DNA of 36,849 nt. Origin: Nitrospirota bacterium. GTDB taxonomy: Bacteria > Nitrospirota > Nitrospiria > 2-01-FULL-66-17. Of the stretch, positions 26,801 to 35,632 are shown in pieces; the stretch's first letter is position 1, and the number at the start of each line of letters is the position of its first letter. A program made the translations under genes and the position numbers. The stretch is from positions 1 through 36,849 of the forward strand of contig JBMOMC010000011.1 in NCBI GenBank assembly GCA_049325335.1, written 5' to 3'. The notes beneath the pieces are model-generated. The model was not told the DNA's origin. It worked only from the letters and a program-made list of their open reading frames with translations, and did not search any database.

Positions 26801-27940
26801 CTAAAAGACGCCGATCACGGTGGACTTGTTGAGCAGATTGATGGGGCCGTTGTAGGTGTTGGCGATCTCGCCGAGAGTGAGGGCTCCGAATGCGTGGCGG
26901 AAGTCTCCAAGGCCGTGCTGGATCGCCTCGAGTTCGCGGTCAAACTCCAGATTCAGGAACAACACGCGGCTGATGCAGTCGAACACCAGGGCCGACGGCG
27001 CGCCGCGGGACCGACGCGCGTCGTAGGAGGCGCGGGCCTCGCTCGCGGCCGTGCCCGCGGAGTCCACCAGCCGGGCCGCCTGGCCCTTGAGGATGTAGAC
27101 CATCGCGTTTTCCGGCACCTCGCCCACGCACACCAGGGCATTGCCCTCGAGCCGGATCGGATCGCGCACCAACAGATCGCCGTCCAGGCGTTCGATTCCG
27201 AACGGGTATGTTTTGGCGATCGAGAAAAAATCGTGCTCGGCAAACCGCAACCCGGACGCGGCTTCCACGCGCGTTCGGTACACGTCGAACGCGGGCTGAT
27301 AGTTGAGGGTGTCCAGCACGTGGCCGCGCGATCCCGTGACCAGGTACGGTCCGTCGAGAGTCTCCCATCCGTGCTGCACGCCGCGCGACACGGGAAACGG
27401 CAGCCCGATCACCACCGCCGCGTCCTGGAGCAGGCCGTGGTTGGTGAAGAGGCAGGGTTTTTGAACAAAGCTGAGTGAGCCGGCGCCGCACCCCACGATA
27501 TCGCGTCCCGGGCCGATCAGACTGTAGAGGCTTTCCACGAATCGCTCGATGTGTTTGGCCAACCCGTCCACCAGGGTAATCAGACTCGCGGCCCCGGTCA
27601 TCGCCGCGCACCCGTGTCGTACCGCGGCGTCCATGTCCTCGCCGTGCGTCGAGAGATCGTTCAACACCGCCACCGTCGCGCGCTCGCCCAATCCCACCAC
27701 GAGCGTGCCGTGATCCAGCCGCCGGCCTTGGTGAATAATGCTCGGAAACGTGCCGCCGAACACCGGGATCGGCAGGGCGGTCAGCACCGGGTCCACGCGC
27801 GCGGGCGTCCACGAATCCGCGTCGCACCCCATGACCAGGACGCTGCGCGCGCCATGTTTCATCACCGCGTCCAAACACCGCTGGAGTTCGTAGGTCGCCG
27901 AATCGTGAGCAAATTCAACGCTGGTTGTCGTCTGGATCAT
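26801..27940 (-). CDS. FIST domain protein (NosP-like)
   Basis: FGGTFP, LVDG, GCGAG, HGW, LVRDP, FDCISR, GALTLGEIA, NKS. ATG at 27940 follows GGAGG. Confidence 0.9.
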   Translation of the reverse strand: MIQTTTSVEFAHDSATYELQRCLDAVMKHGARSVLVMGCDADSWTPARVDPVLTALPIPVFGGTFPSIIHQGRRLDHGTLVVGLGERATVAVLNDLSTHGEDMDAAVRHGCAAMTGAASLITLVDGLAKHIERFVESLYSLIGPGRDIVGCGAGSLSFVQKPCLFTNHGLLQDAAVVIGLPFPVSRGVQHGWETLDGPYLVTGSRGHVLDTLNYQPAFDVYRTRVEAASGLRFAEHDFFSIAKTYPFGIERLDGDLLVRDPIRLEGNALVCVGEVPENAMVYILKGQAARLVDSAGTAASEARASYDARRSRGAPSALVFDCISRVLFLNLEFDRELEAIQHGLGDFRHAFGALTLGEIANTYNGPINLLNKSTVIGVF

Positions 27941-27988
27941 ATCGACCTCCAAGATCAGCCCACACCGCGCGCAGGGGAGCCCGGGTAC

Positions 27989-28016
27989 TTGTCGGCAGAT
28001 TGGTCCGATTTCTTGA
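27989..28016 (-). promoter_or_regulatory. Putative sigma28 (FliA) promoter for the FIST-GGDEF/EAL operon
   Basis: TCAAG-N15-GCCGACAA on the minus strand. Confidence 0.5.
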
Positions 28017-28072
28017 CCCCGCGGCCCCCGCAGGGGTAGGCTGGGCCCGCCTGATCAACCGTCAAGGAGGAG

Positions 28073-29029
28073 ATGCCCATGCCAGATACGAAAATTATCG
28101 CCGTGGTCGGCGCCACCGGCGCGCAAGGCGGCGGCCTGGTCCGCGCGATCATGAACGATAAGGCGAGCGGCTTTACCGCCCGCGCCCTCACGCGAGACGT
28201 CAATTCCGAGAAAGCCAAGGCCCTGGCCAAGCTGGGCGCGCAAGTGGTCGCGGCAGACGTGGACGATCCGGCCAGCCTGCAACGCGCGTTTACCGGCGCG
28301 TATGGCGCGTTCTGCGTCACATTTTTCTGGGCGCACTTTTCCCCGGACAAGGAGTTGGCCCACGCCACGGCCATGGCCAAGGCCACCAAGCAGGCCGGGG
28401 TCCAGCACGCGATCTGGTCCACGCTCGAGGACACGCGCAAGTGGGTGCCGCTGAACGACCAGCGTATGCCCACGCTCATGGGCAAATACAAAGTCCCGCA
28501 CTTCGACGCCAAAGGCGAAGCCGACCAGATCTTCGTCACACAAGGCGCGCCTACCACATGCTTATTGACCTCGTTCTACTGGGACAATTTCATCTACTTC
28601 GGGATGGGGCCCAAGAAAGGCCCGGACGGGAAGCTGTCCATCACGTTCCCTATGGGAGACAAGAAACTGCCCGGCATCGCGGCCGAAGATATTGGCAAGT
28701 GCGCGTGGGGCATTTTCAAGAAGGGCCGAGAGTACATCGGCAAAACCGTGGGCATCGCGGGCGAACACCTGACCGGTAGCCAAATGGCTGCGGCCTTCGC
28801 CAAGACCTTAGGACAGCCCGTGAGCTACAACGCGGTCACGCCCGAAGCCTACCGCCACTTCGGTTTCCCCGGGGCCGAGGATCTGGGCAACATGTTCCAG
28901 TTCAAACGAGACTTCAACGACGTCTTCTGCGGCGCCCGCGACCCCCAATTCGCCCGCAGCCTCAACCCCGCGCTGCAAACGTTCGAGCAGTGGCTGGTTG
29001 CGAACAAGAACAAGATTCGGATCGAGTAG
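28073..29029 (+). CDS. NmrA/HSCARG family protein
   Basis: VVGATGAQGG, ARALTRD, PHFDAK; RBS AGGAGG; upstream TTGACC-N18-TAGGCT. Confidence 0.93.
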   Translation: MPMPDTKIIAVVGATGAQGGGLVRAIMNDKASGFTARALTRDVNSEKAKALAKLGAQVVAADVDDPASLQRAFTGAYGAFCVTFFWAHFSPDKELAHATAMAKATKQAGVQHAIWSTLEDTRKWVPLNDQRMPTLMGKYKVPHFDAKGEADQIFVTQGAPTTCLLTSFYWDNFIYFGMGPKKGPDGKLSITFPMGDKKLPGIAAEDIGKCAWGIFKKGREYIGKTVGIAGEHLTGSQMAAAFAKTLGQPVSYNAVTPEAYRHFGFPGAEDLGNMFQFKRDFNDVFCGARDPQFARSLNPALQTFEQWLVANKNKIRIE

Positions 29030-29821
29030 ACGGTGCGGCGTGACCTGTTGGACGGCGAGCGCCTCGCGGAACGACATGTGGATGTACCAAAAACCTTTCC
29101 GATATCGGTTAAATTCGAAGTTTGATTTGTCGATGGTTTTCATGGCGGGTTGAGTGGGGGCAAAAACAACTGAATATGGCCTCTTCAGAAACAGTTGTTT
29201 CTGAAACGCACGTCGTGGTAGCAAAAGTCTATATATTTCAGTGGTTCTAGTGGCCTACTTCTGTAAGGGTTGTTGAGACGTCAGAGTCCTGACACCCCTT
29301 ATGGCTTCGTGTCGCTTCCATCCAGGAAAGCGACACCTCAACCTACCAGCTTCGAAGCGTGTGGGTTCGCGAAAAGCCGGTTTGTAACACGGCGCTCCTT
29401 CTCCGTGCCGGCGGCGCAGGTTGCTCGATGGAGCCCCCCATATCGTGACAGATGCCGTGATCTGGGTCGCGGTCGTCCGCTAGGGTAAGGCCTTCCATGG
29501 TCTCCGCCGCGGTACCCTTGACTTCGCTTCAGTGGTTGTCTTAAAGTTCCAGCGTGTAACCTCGCCTATCTATCCTTTTTTCAGTTTCTTAGTGAACGAA
29601 GGCCTCCCCGCGGGACGCGTTTCATAACACTGCAAGTCGTATTTGCCGGCACCATGGAGAAGGACTCCATAGAATCGAGGCCGCACGCCAGAGTAAACGT
29701 GTCCCCGCACGGCGGTTCTCATCTGCCGCGCTCTCCCCCGTCGCACCACCCCGCATTGCGGGTCTGATGGATGGTTCGGGAAGCCCCAAGAACATGGCAT
29801 AGCATAAAAGGAGGGTGTGTC

Positions 29822-32083
29822 ATGACCAGGCATCGTCCCAATCACGACCGTCCGGACACCGAAGCCGTTTCCTGGATGGCGATGGTCGTGCTCGGATCGC
29901 TCGTACTGGCCGCGGTGCTCGTCACGGCTGGTGTGATCGCGCTGCCCGCAATGGCCCCCTCCAACGCAGGGGGCGAAGCAGAAGAGCTCGTGTCCCCAGG
30001 CTTCGTGGGAAATCAATGGGTGATGACAACAAAGACCGCTCTGCTGGACGCGCTCGTTCAAGAAGACATCGGGACCCGTATCCTGGCCGTGGAGCGGTAT
30101 TACTCCGACCGACTGAGCCAACTCGCCCAGCGGTGGAGCCAGGTCAGTAACGACACGCGTAGTTTCGCCGAGGGCCGCAACGCCCGCCTGCAAGAAGCGC
30201 TTGGGGTCTCGATCGCTGCGACCGCCCAGCGCCTATACATTGAACGATGGGCGCTCGACACCGCTCTCGCCGACGCCCGCGCCACTGTGCGCGCCATCCT
30301 CAGCGGTGGCTGGTTGCAGGAGCGCGTGGGCGCCGCGATCGTCCAAACTGCCGCGGAGGTGCCTCCGGCTGATCCGCGCTTTCTGCCGAGGGTCGAGGCG
30401 CGGGTCACGGGGTTGTCCACGATGGAGTCCGGTGTTGCGAATCGTGCCGCGGCAGAAATCGGCGCGTTGAACGCCCGCCTGGCGCGGTTCCCCCACGAGG
30501 GGATCATCCGCCTGGCCGACGCGGTAGCCGACGGCCACCGCGTGGCGCGCTTCTATGATGCGTCCGTGGAGGCGCAGACCGCCCGCATCATGGGCGGGAT
30601 CATAAACGAGATAGCTCAAGCACGGAGCGTCGGCGATTACCTCCATCTCGCCGAGGCGGCCAACGCCGCCGCCCGGCCTTCCTGGAAGGGGGGAGGATTT
30701 CTGGAGTTCGGCGCTGCGGCATTGCTCGGGGCCATCGCGATGATGGCGTGGGTTGCCTTCTCGACCCGAATGGATTTCCGCCGTGCGTTTCCGCGAGTCG
30801 TCAAGACGCCCTCCGCTAGACAATCGGCCCCCGCTCCGAGATGGAAAGGGAGGGGCGTTCGGCCCTACGCCACCACGTTGTCCATCTGGCCTCGCGAGGT
30901 GAGCTTCGGGCTCCATTGCACGCGGGACATCGGGGTCCTGGCCGCTCGCGGGCATGTCAGGCACGCGACCATCGTGACGGATCAAGGCGTCGCCCAGAAG
31001 GGACTTGTGGATCCCGTGACGGCCTCACTTGCCGAGGCCGGGGTGACGTGCGATGTCATGGATCAGGCCTCGCGCGAAGTCCCCCATACCCAGATCGCCA
31101 AGATCGCCGACTGGTGCAAGGAGGCCGGGACAGATGTGCTCATCGCGGTCGGGGGCGGGAGCGTGATCGACACCGCGAAGGCAGTCGGCATTATCCTCAC
31201 CAACGGCGGCTCGATCCTGGACTCCGAGGGGATCGAGCGCGTGGGTCGTCCGATCACGCCGTTCTACGCGGTGCCCACGACGGCGGGCAGCGGGGCCGAA
31301 ACCAGCCCATTTTGCTATGTGCGGGATGAGACGCGGTCACGAAAGATTGCGATTTTTAGCCGCCACCTGATTCCAGAGCGGATCGTCATCGATCCACTGA
31401 TGACCCGCTCGATGCCGCCGGAATTGACCGCGAGCACCGGGATGGACGCCCTGGCGAACGCCATTGAGGCGTATTTTTCTACGTGGGCAAACCCCTTGAG
31501 CGACACGCTCGCACTGGATGCGATGCGGCTGATCTCGGAGAACCTCCGTGCCGTCGTGGCCCACGGTAATAACCTGAGCGGACGCCAGCAGATGGCGCTT
31601 GCGGCCTTCGAGGCTGGACAAGCCTCCGTCAACACGAGGAGTGGCCCGGTGCATGCTCTCGGGCACTCACTGTCTGAGCTGCTGGATATTCCAGAGCGGG
31701 TCGGCAACGCTATCCTGCTCCCGCACATCATGAAGGCGTACCTGTATGCCGACGTACGCCGCATGGCCAAGGTGGCCGAGGCCCTGGGCGAATCCATGGC
31801 CGGCCTGAGCGAGCGCGCAGCCGCCCAACGCGCGATAGATGCTGTGATGTTGCTCATGATGGATGTGGGGCTTCCCATCACGTTGGAGAAAATAGGCGTG
31901 GACAGGAACGCGGTTTCAGCCTTGAGCGAGCAGGCCTTGCAGGATCCCATCCTGCGCAGCAACCCGGGGGCGCTCACCCGGGAGGACATCGAAGCGATCT
32001 ACGAGGACGCGTTCATCGAATATGCGGAGATGGAAATGAACTCCGCGACGGTTCAAGGACGACCCCGCGCCAGGATTCACTAA
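29822..32083 (+). CDS. Membrane-anchored fusion: TM-helical domain-TM + iron-containing alcohol dehydrogenase-like domain
   Basis: C-terminal GGGSVID.AK, PTTAGSGAE, GMDAL, VHALGH; two hydrophobic helices in the N-terminal half; RBS AAGGAGG before ATG 29822. Confidence 0.8.
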   Translation: MTRHRPNHDRPDTEAVSWMAMVVLGSLVLAAVLVTAGVIALPAMAPSNAGGEAEELVSPGFVGNQWVMTTKTALLDALVQEDIGTRILAVERYYSDRLSQLAQRWSQVSNDTRSFAEGRNARLQEALGVSIAATAQRLYIERWALDTALADARATVRAILSGGWLQERVGAAIVQTAAEVPPADPRFLPRVEARVTGLSTMESGVANRAAAEIGALNARLARFPHEGIIRLADAVADGHRVARFYDASVEAQTARIMGGIINEIAQARSVGDYLHLAEAANAAARPSWKGGGFLEFGAAALLGAIAMMAWVAFSTRMDFRRAFPRVVKTPSARQSAPAPRWKGRGVRPYATTLSIWPREVSFGLHCTRDIGVLAARGHVRHATIVTDQGVAQKGLVDPVTASLAEAGVTCDVMDQASREVPHTQIAKIADWCKEAGTDVLIAVGGGSVIDTAKAVGIILTNGGSILDSEGIERVGRPITPFYAVPTTAGSGAETSPFCYVRDETRSRKIAIFSRHLIPERIVIDPLMTRSMPPELTASTGMDALANAIEAYFSTWANPLSDTLALDAMRLISENLRAVVAHGNNLSGRQQMALAAFEAGQASVNTRSGPVHALGHSLSELLDIPERVGNAILLPHIMKAYLYADVRRMAKVAEALGESMAGLSERAAAQRAIDAVMLLMMDVGLPITLEKIGVDRNAVSALSEQALQDPILRSNPGALTREDIEAIYEDAFIEYAEMEMNSATVQGRPRARIH

Positions 32084-32226
32084 ACTCCAACTACGCCCCG
32101 GCGTCGGCTCCTGGAAGGGAGGTGCACGATACAGACATGCACATTGTCTATATAATGATGCGCTTGGTTGAGCGGAATTGAGGTTATTGTGGGGAGAACC
32201 CTTGGCCAAGGCCGACCGGGGATTTT

Positions 32227-32433
32227 TTAGATCGAGAGCTTGCCTTCGTGCGAGGCGATGATGTCGGACACGCCGAGGCGCCGGCGGATGTCTTCCATGG
32301 CGGAGTCAAAGTCCGTGTGCACGGTCTTGTTGATCCACACGTCCGCCGGGGTTTTGGGGTCGGGGTTGGGGTCGGCCACGATGTAACCGCCCTCGACTTT
32401 TTCCAGAAGAATTTTCAGCTCGCGATTGGCCAT
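32227..32433 (-). CDS. Small hypothetical protein (68 aa)
   Basis: Protein-like composition, GC3 bias, strong promoter directly upstream. Confidence 0.7.
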   Translation of the reverse strand: MANRELKILLEKVEGGYIVADPNPDPKTPADVWINKTVHTDFDSAMEDIRRRLGVSDIIASHEGKLSI

Positions 32434-32442
32434 ACGAGCGAG

Positions 32443-32472
32443 ATTTTATAAGCGGGTGGGCGGGGCTGTCAA
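32443..32472 (-). promoter_or_regulatory. Putative sigma70 promoter
   Basis: TTGACA followed by TATAAAAT (16 or 18 bp spacing). Confidence 0.6.
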
Positions 32473-32885
32473 TCGTGGTTCGGTCGTACCCGGCCCCGCG
32501 TCGCCTTTTTCTCCGCCTGTTGCCGCTTGTCCGCCAACATCTTGGCCTTCGCCCGTTTCGAGCGTTTGCGCTTCTGCCGACGAATTTTTTCGATCGCTTG
32601 TTGTTCGGCGCTGGCTTTGCCCAGTTGTTGGCCTTCGATTTTATCGAGCAGCAGGCGTCGCGCGTAGAAACGGTTCAGGCCTTGCGAGCGCGAGGCTTGG
32701 CAGCGCACGCTGATCCCGCTCGGACGGTGCGCGAGCATGACGCACGTGGCGGTCTTGTTCACGTGTTGACCGCCGGGGCCTGAACCGCGCACGAACGTCT
32801 CGTCGATGTCCGTTTCGCGCACCCCGAGTGCGGCCATCCGCGCGGTCAGTTCGTCATTCTTTTGCGCAGACACCGGAAAGGCCAT
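32469..32885 (-). CDS. Peptide chain release factor-like (GGQ) ribosome rescue protein
   Basis: FVRGSGPGGQHVNKT, RSQ..NR, basic C-terminal tail. Confidence 0.9.
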   Translation of the reverse strand: MAFPVSAQKNDELTARMAALGVRETDIDETFVRGSGPGGQHVNKTATCVMLAHRPSGISVRCQASRSQGLNRFYARRLLLDKIEGQQLGKASAEQQAIEKIRRQKRKRSKRAKAKMLADKRQQAEKKATRGRVRPNHD

Positions 32886-32976
32886 ATCACCTGTCCTGAT
32901 TCATCGGTTGATCGATCAGCCGGCGACGCACTCTCCTGCTCTCCCCATCTCCGGCTCTCCCGCTCACGATGTGCCC

Positions 32977-35145
32977 CTATGCCGCCTCCCACCGCCAGGT
33001 GACTTTGACCAAATACACCGCGGCTGATCCCGTGTCGCGTGACGACGACGGGTTGGCGATGAGGTGAACGAAACTTCCCGGATGATACTCCCACGCGAAG
33101 CGCAGGTTGGCCGCGAGGGTATGGCTCTCGCGTTCGTGCTGCACCAAAGCTTTGAGCACGACGCGCCGGCTCACGGACCACTGCACGTTTCCTGACAGGA
33201 TGCGCGGCACGGTGTCCGCGTGAAACGGCGCCGTGTCGGTCGGCACCCGGATCCAATCCACGCTGAGCGCGGCGCCGAGTGAGACCGTCTCCAGGACCGA
33301 CGCGGTGAGGTCCACGTCCACCGACGTTTTCCTGCCGCCGTAGTAACCGCCCCACAACACGCTCACGATGCCGGAGAGCGGGCGGCTGGCCTCGCTCGCC
33401 AGGTACACGTTCCAGTGGTGGTACCGGTAGTCGCCGGCCGGAATGATGATGCCGGGTTGCAGCTCGAACGCGTCTTGAAGCCGCTCGACCTGCGGGTCCC
33501 AACTCAGCAGGATCATGTCGCCGGTGCGAAACTCCGCGAGGACTCGCTGGTATTGGCTCCGGTACAACAGGGTGCCGTCCGTGGCGCTCTGGTACGTCAG
33601 TTCGCTCTTGACGCCCCATTCCAGGACCGGGCCGGTCGCGGGCCGTGGGCGCGCGTCGATGTACCCGTAGGTCTCCGCCAGGTCGTTCTGTTTCACGAAG
33701 CCCAGTTGCGGGTCGAAGCGCTCGTCCACGCGCAGGTGATAGAGCCGCACGCGCCAGAACGGATCGCGGTATTGGGCATGGGCGTACCCCGCGTACCCGG
33801 GTTGCGCGGCTTGCGGTCCGTCCGATCGCATCCAGAACGCTTGCGTCGTGACCGCGGACGTCGGGTTATACGAGGCGTCCGCGCCCACGGTCTGAAACGG
33901 GGCGTCGCCCAGGATCTCGCGTCGCGTGCCGATGACGCCCACTTGTGAGCGCAGGCCCAGATCGCGCGTCAGACGCACTACGCCGTAGCGTTCCGCGGGT
34001 GCATTGTCTTGCGCGCGGCTTTGCATGGTGAGGGCGCCGATCCCGTACCGGTTTGCCTTGCCGGTGAGTTTGGCGCCGCCCCAGAGCGGAACCGGCTCGC
34101 CGCGGCTCAGTCCGATGGTTCGGCTGAAAAACGGTTGCACCTGGCCGTTCAGCCCGAACTCGAACGCGCCCTTGTCTTCCAGGAAAAACTCGCGTTGCTC
34201 GGGGAAGAACAGGGGAAACCGGTCCAACCGCACCTGGAAATGGTCCGCCTCGGTCTCGGCGAAATCCGTGTTGAGGGTCAGGTCGAGGGTTAGATCCGGA
34301 GTGAACGCGTACCGCGCATCGCCGCCCACGTCGTGGTCCACGTCCCACCCGGAATCGTCGGTCGACCGCACGCCGTAGGAGCCCTTCGCGTACGGGATGA
34401 GGGTCAGGCGGTGTTGCGGGCGCAGCGGCGCCACACCCACCAGGTGCCCGCCGCGCGAGATTTCATACAACGACTGCTCCGGAGCGATCGGGCTCCAGAA
34501 CGACGTTTCCAGCAGGTGGGGGATCACGCGGCGAAACTGGATGCCCCACGTGGCGCCCGCGGACGGGTGGTACCGCAAGGTGGTGAACGGGATGCGAAAC
34601 TCCGCGGCCCATCCCGTGGGCGTGCGCCCGGCCGCGACCTCCCAGAGCCCGTTCCACGCGTCGTTCACGAACGCGCCTTCGCGCGTGAACGCGGCGTCGT
34701 ACTGCGCGCCGAGCGGGTTGGTCTGGAACAGGAACGCATTCTGGTGGTCGTGGTACGTGTCGATCACCACGTCGAACGTGTCGCTGCGCGAGAGCGCGGC
34801 GTCGCGGTGGCGTTCGTCGGCTTGGATCAATTCCGGCTGGGGATCGTCGAGCCGCGCGGCCACGTACAAGGCCTCGGTATCGTACGCGACCCAAACCGTG
34901 GTCGTCCCCACCGCGGGTTCGCCGGTGCGGGGCGTTTGTTGGAGGAATCCCCCCATGCCGGGACTCATGCGCCACACGGGGTCATCGAGCGCGCCGTCCA
35001 CCTCCACGCGCGCTTCGGTCAACGCCAACGCGGTCAACGTGGGTTTGTCGGGTTCGGCGGCTCGCGCGGGGCTCGACGCGGCGAGTAGGATCAGACCGAG
35101 CGCGGCGCCGCCGGCGATCGGGCGCCGCCGTCCGCACCCGGGCAT
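32977..35145 (-). CDS. CBM9-like + DUF5916-like outer membrane protein
   Basis: Signal peptide, VDGALDD..W, GWAAEFRIPFTTLRY, NTDFAETEAD, FPEQREFF. Confidence 0.8.
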   Translation of the reverse strand: MPGCGRRRPIAGGAALGLILLAASSPARAAEPDKPTLTALALTEARVEVDGALDDPVWRMSPGMGGFLQQTPRTGEPAVGTTTVWVAYDTEALYVAARLDDPQPELIQADERHRDAALSRSDTFDVVIDTYHDHQNAFLFQTNPLGAQYDAAFTREGAFVNDAWNGLWEVAAGRTPTGWAAEFRIPFTTLRYHPSAGATWGIQFRRVIPHLLETSFWSPIAPEQSLYEISRGGHLVGVAPLRPQHRLTLIPYAKGSYGVRSTDDSGWDVDHDVGGDARYAFTPDLTLDLTLNTDFAETEADHFQVRLDRFPLFFPEQREFFLEDKGAFEFGLNGQVQPFFSRTIGLSRGEPVPLWGGAKLTGKANRYGIGALTMQSRAQDNAPAERYGVVRLTRDLGLRSQVGVIGTRREILGDAPFQTVGADASYNPTSAVTTQAFWMRSDGPQAAQPGYAGYAHAQYRDPFWRVRLYHLRVDERFDPQLGFVKQNDLAETYGYIDARPRPATGPVLEWGVKSELTYQSATDGTLLYRSQYQRVLAEFRTGDMILLSWDPQVERLQDAFELQPGIIIPAGDYRYHHWNVYLASEASRPLSGIVSVLWGGYYGGRKTSVDVDLTASVLETVSLGAALSVDWIRVPTDTAPFHADTVPRILSGNVQWSVSRRVVLKALVQHERESHTLAANLRFAWEYHPGSFVHLIANPSSSRDTGSAAVYLVKVTWRWEAA

Positions 35146-35154
35146 GCGGCGGCG

Positions 35155-35469
35155 TTACTCCGCGGCGCCTTCGACGAAGTCGTCGAGGGCGAGCAGTCCC
35201 ATGCGCAGCCGCTCTTTCATATCAAGTTCCACGTCCGGATGCGCGAGGAGCAGGTGCAGGGCGTCGCGGATGCCGTTCTTGGAGTAAGGGAGCAGTCGAA
35301 CATCGTAGGTGCGGCGTAGCAGCGCCATGGGGTCGGGGCTGTTCATCACCGCGCGCTGGTAATCCTGCTCGTTCTCCCACCGCGGCGACGACACCACGGC
35401 CAAGGATTCGAGCGTCTCGCCGTACGCGTTGACGATGATGACCGCTTCTTCCGGGGTCAACGTGGACAT
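35155..35469 (-). CDS. Hypothetical protein (104 aa)
   Basis: MSTLTPEEAVIIVNAYG... with GC3-biased codons. Start reassigned to the ATG at 35469. Confidence 0.7.
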   Translation of the reverse strand: MSTLTPEEAVIIVNAYGETLESLAVVSSPRWENEQDYQRAVMNSPDPMALLRRTYDVRLLPYSKNGIRDALHLLLAHPDVELDMKERLRMGLLALDDFVEGAAE

Positions 35470-35632
35470 GGGGTGCCGAGGTCGGTCATGGGCCGACCAT
35501 ACCACGATCCGCCGCCGGCTCGCAATGGGCGGCAGGACAATGCTCGGGGATCTTTGGATCGATTGACTCCGCATTTGAGTTTGGGGCACACTGGCAGAAG
35601 GTCATCGATCATCATGACGTGGAGGTCTTTTC

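Noticed and set aside
29270..29488. 72-aa ORF in the long intergenic region
   Set aside because: TTG start, no RBS, no codon bias or recognisable motif.
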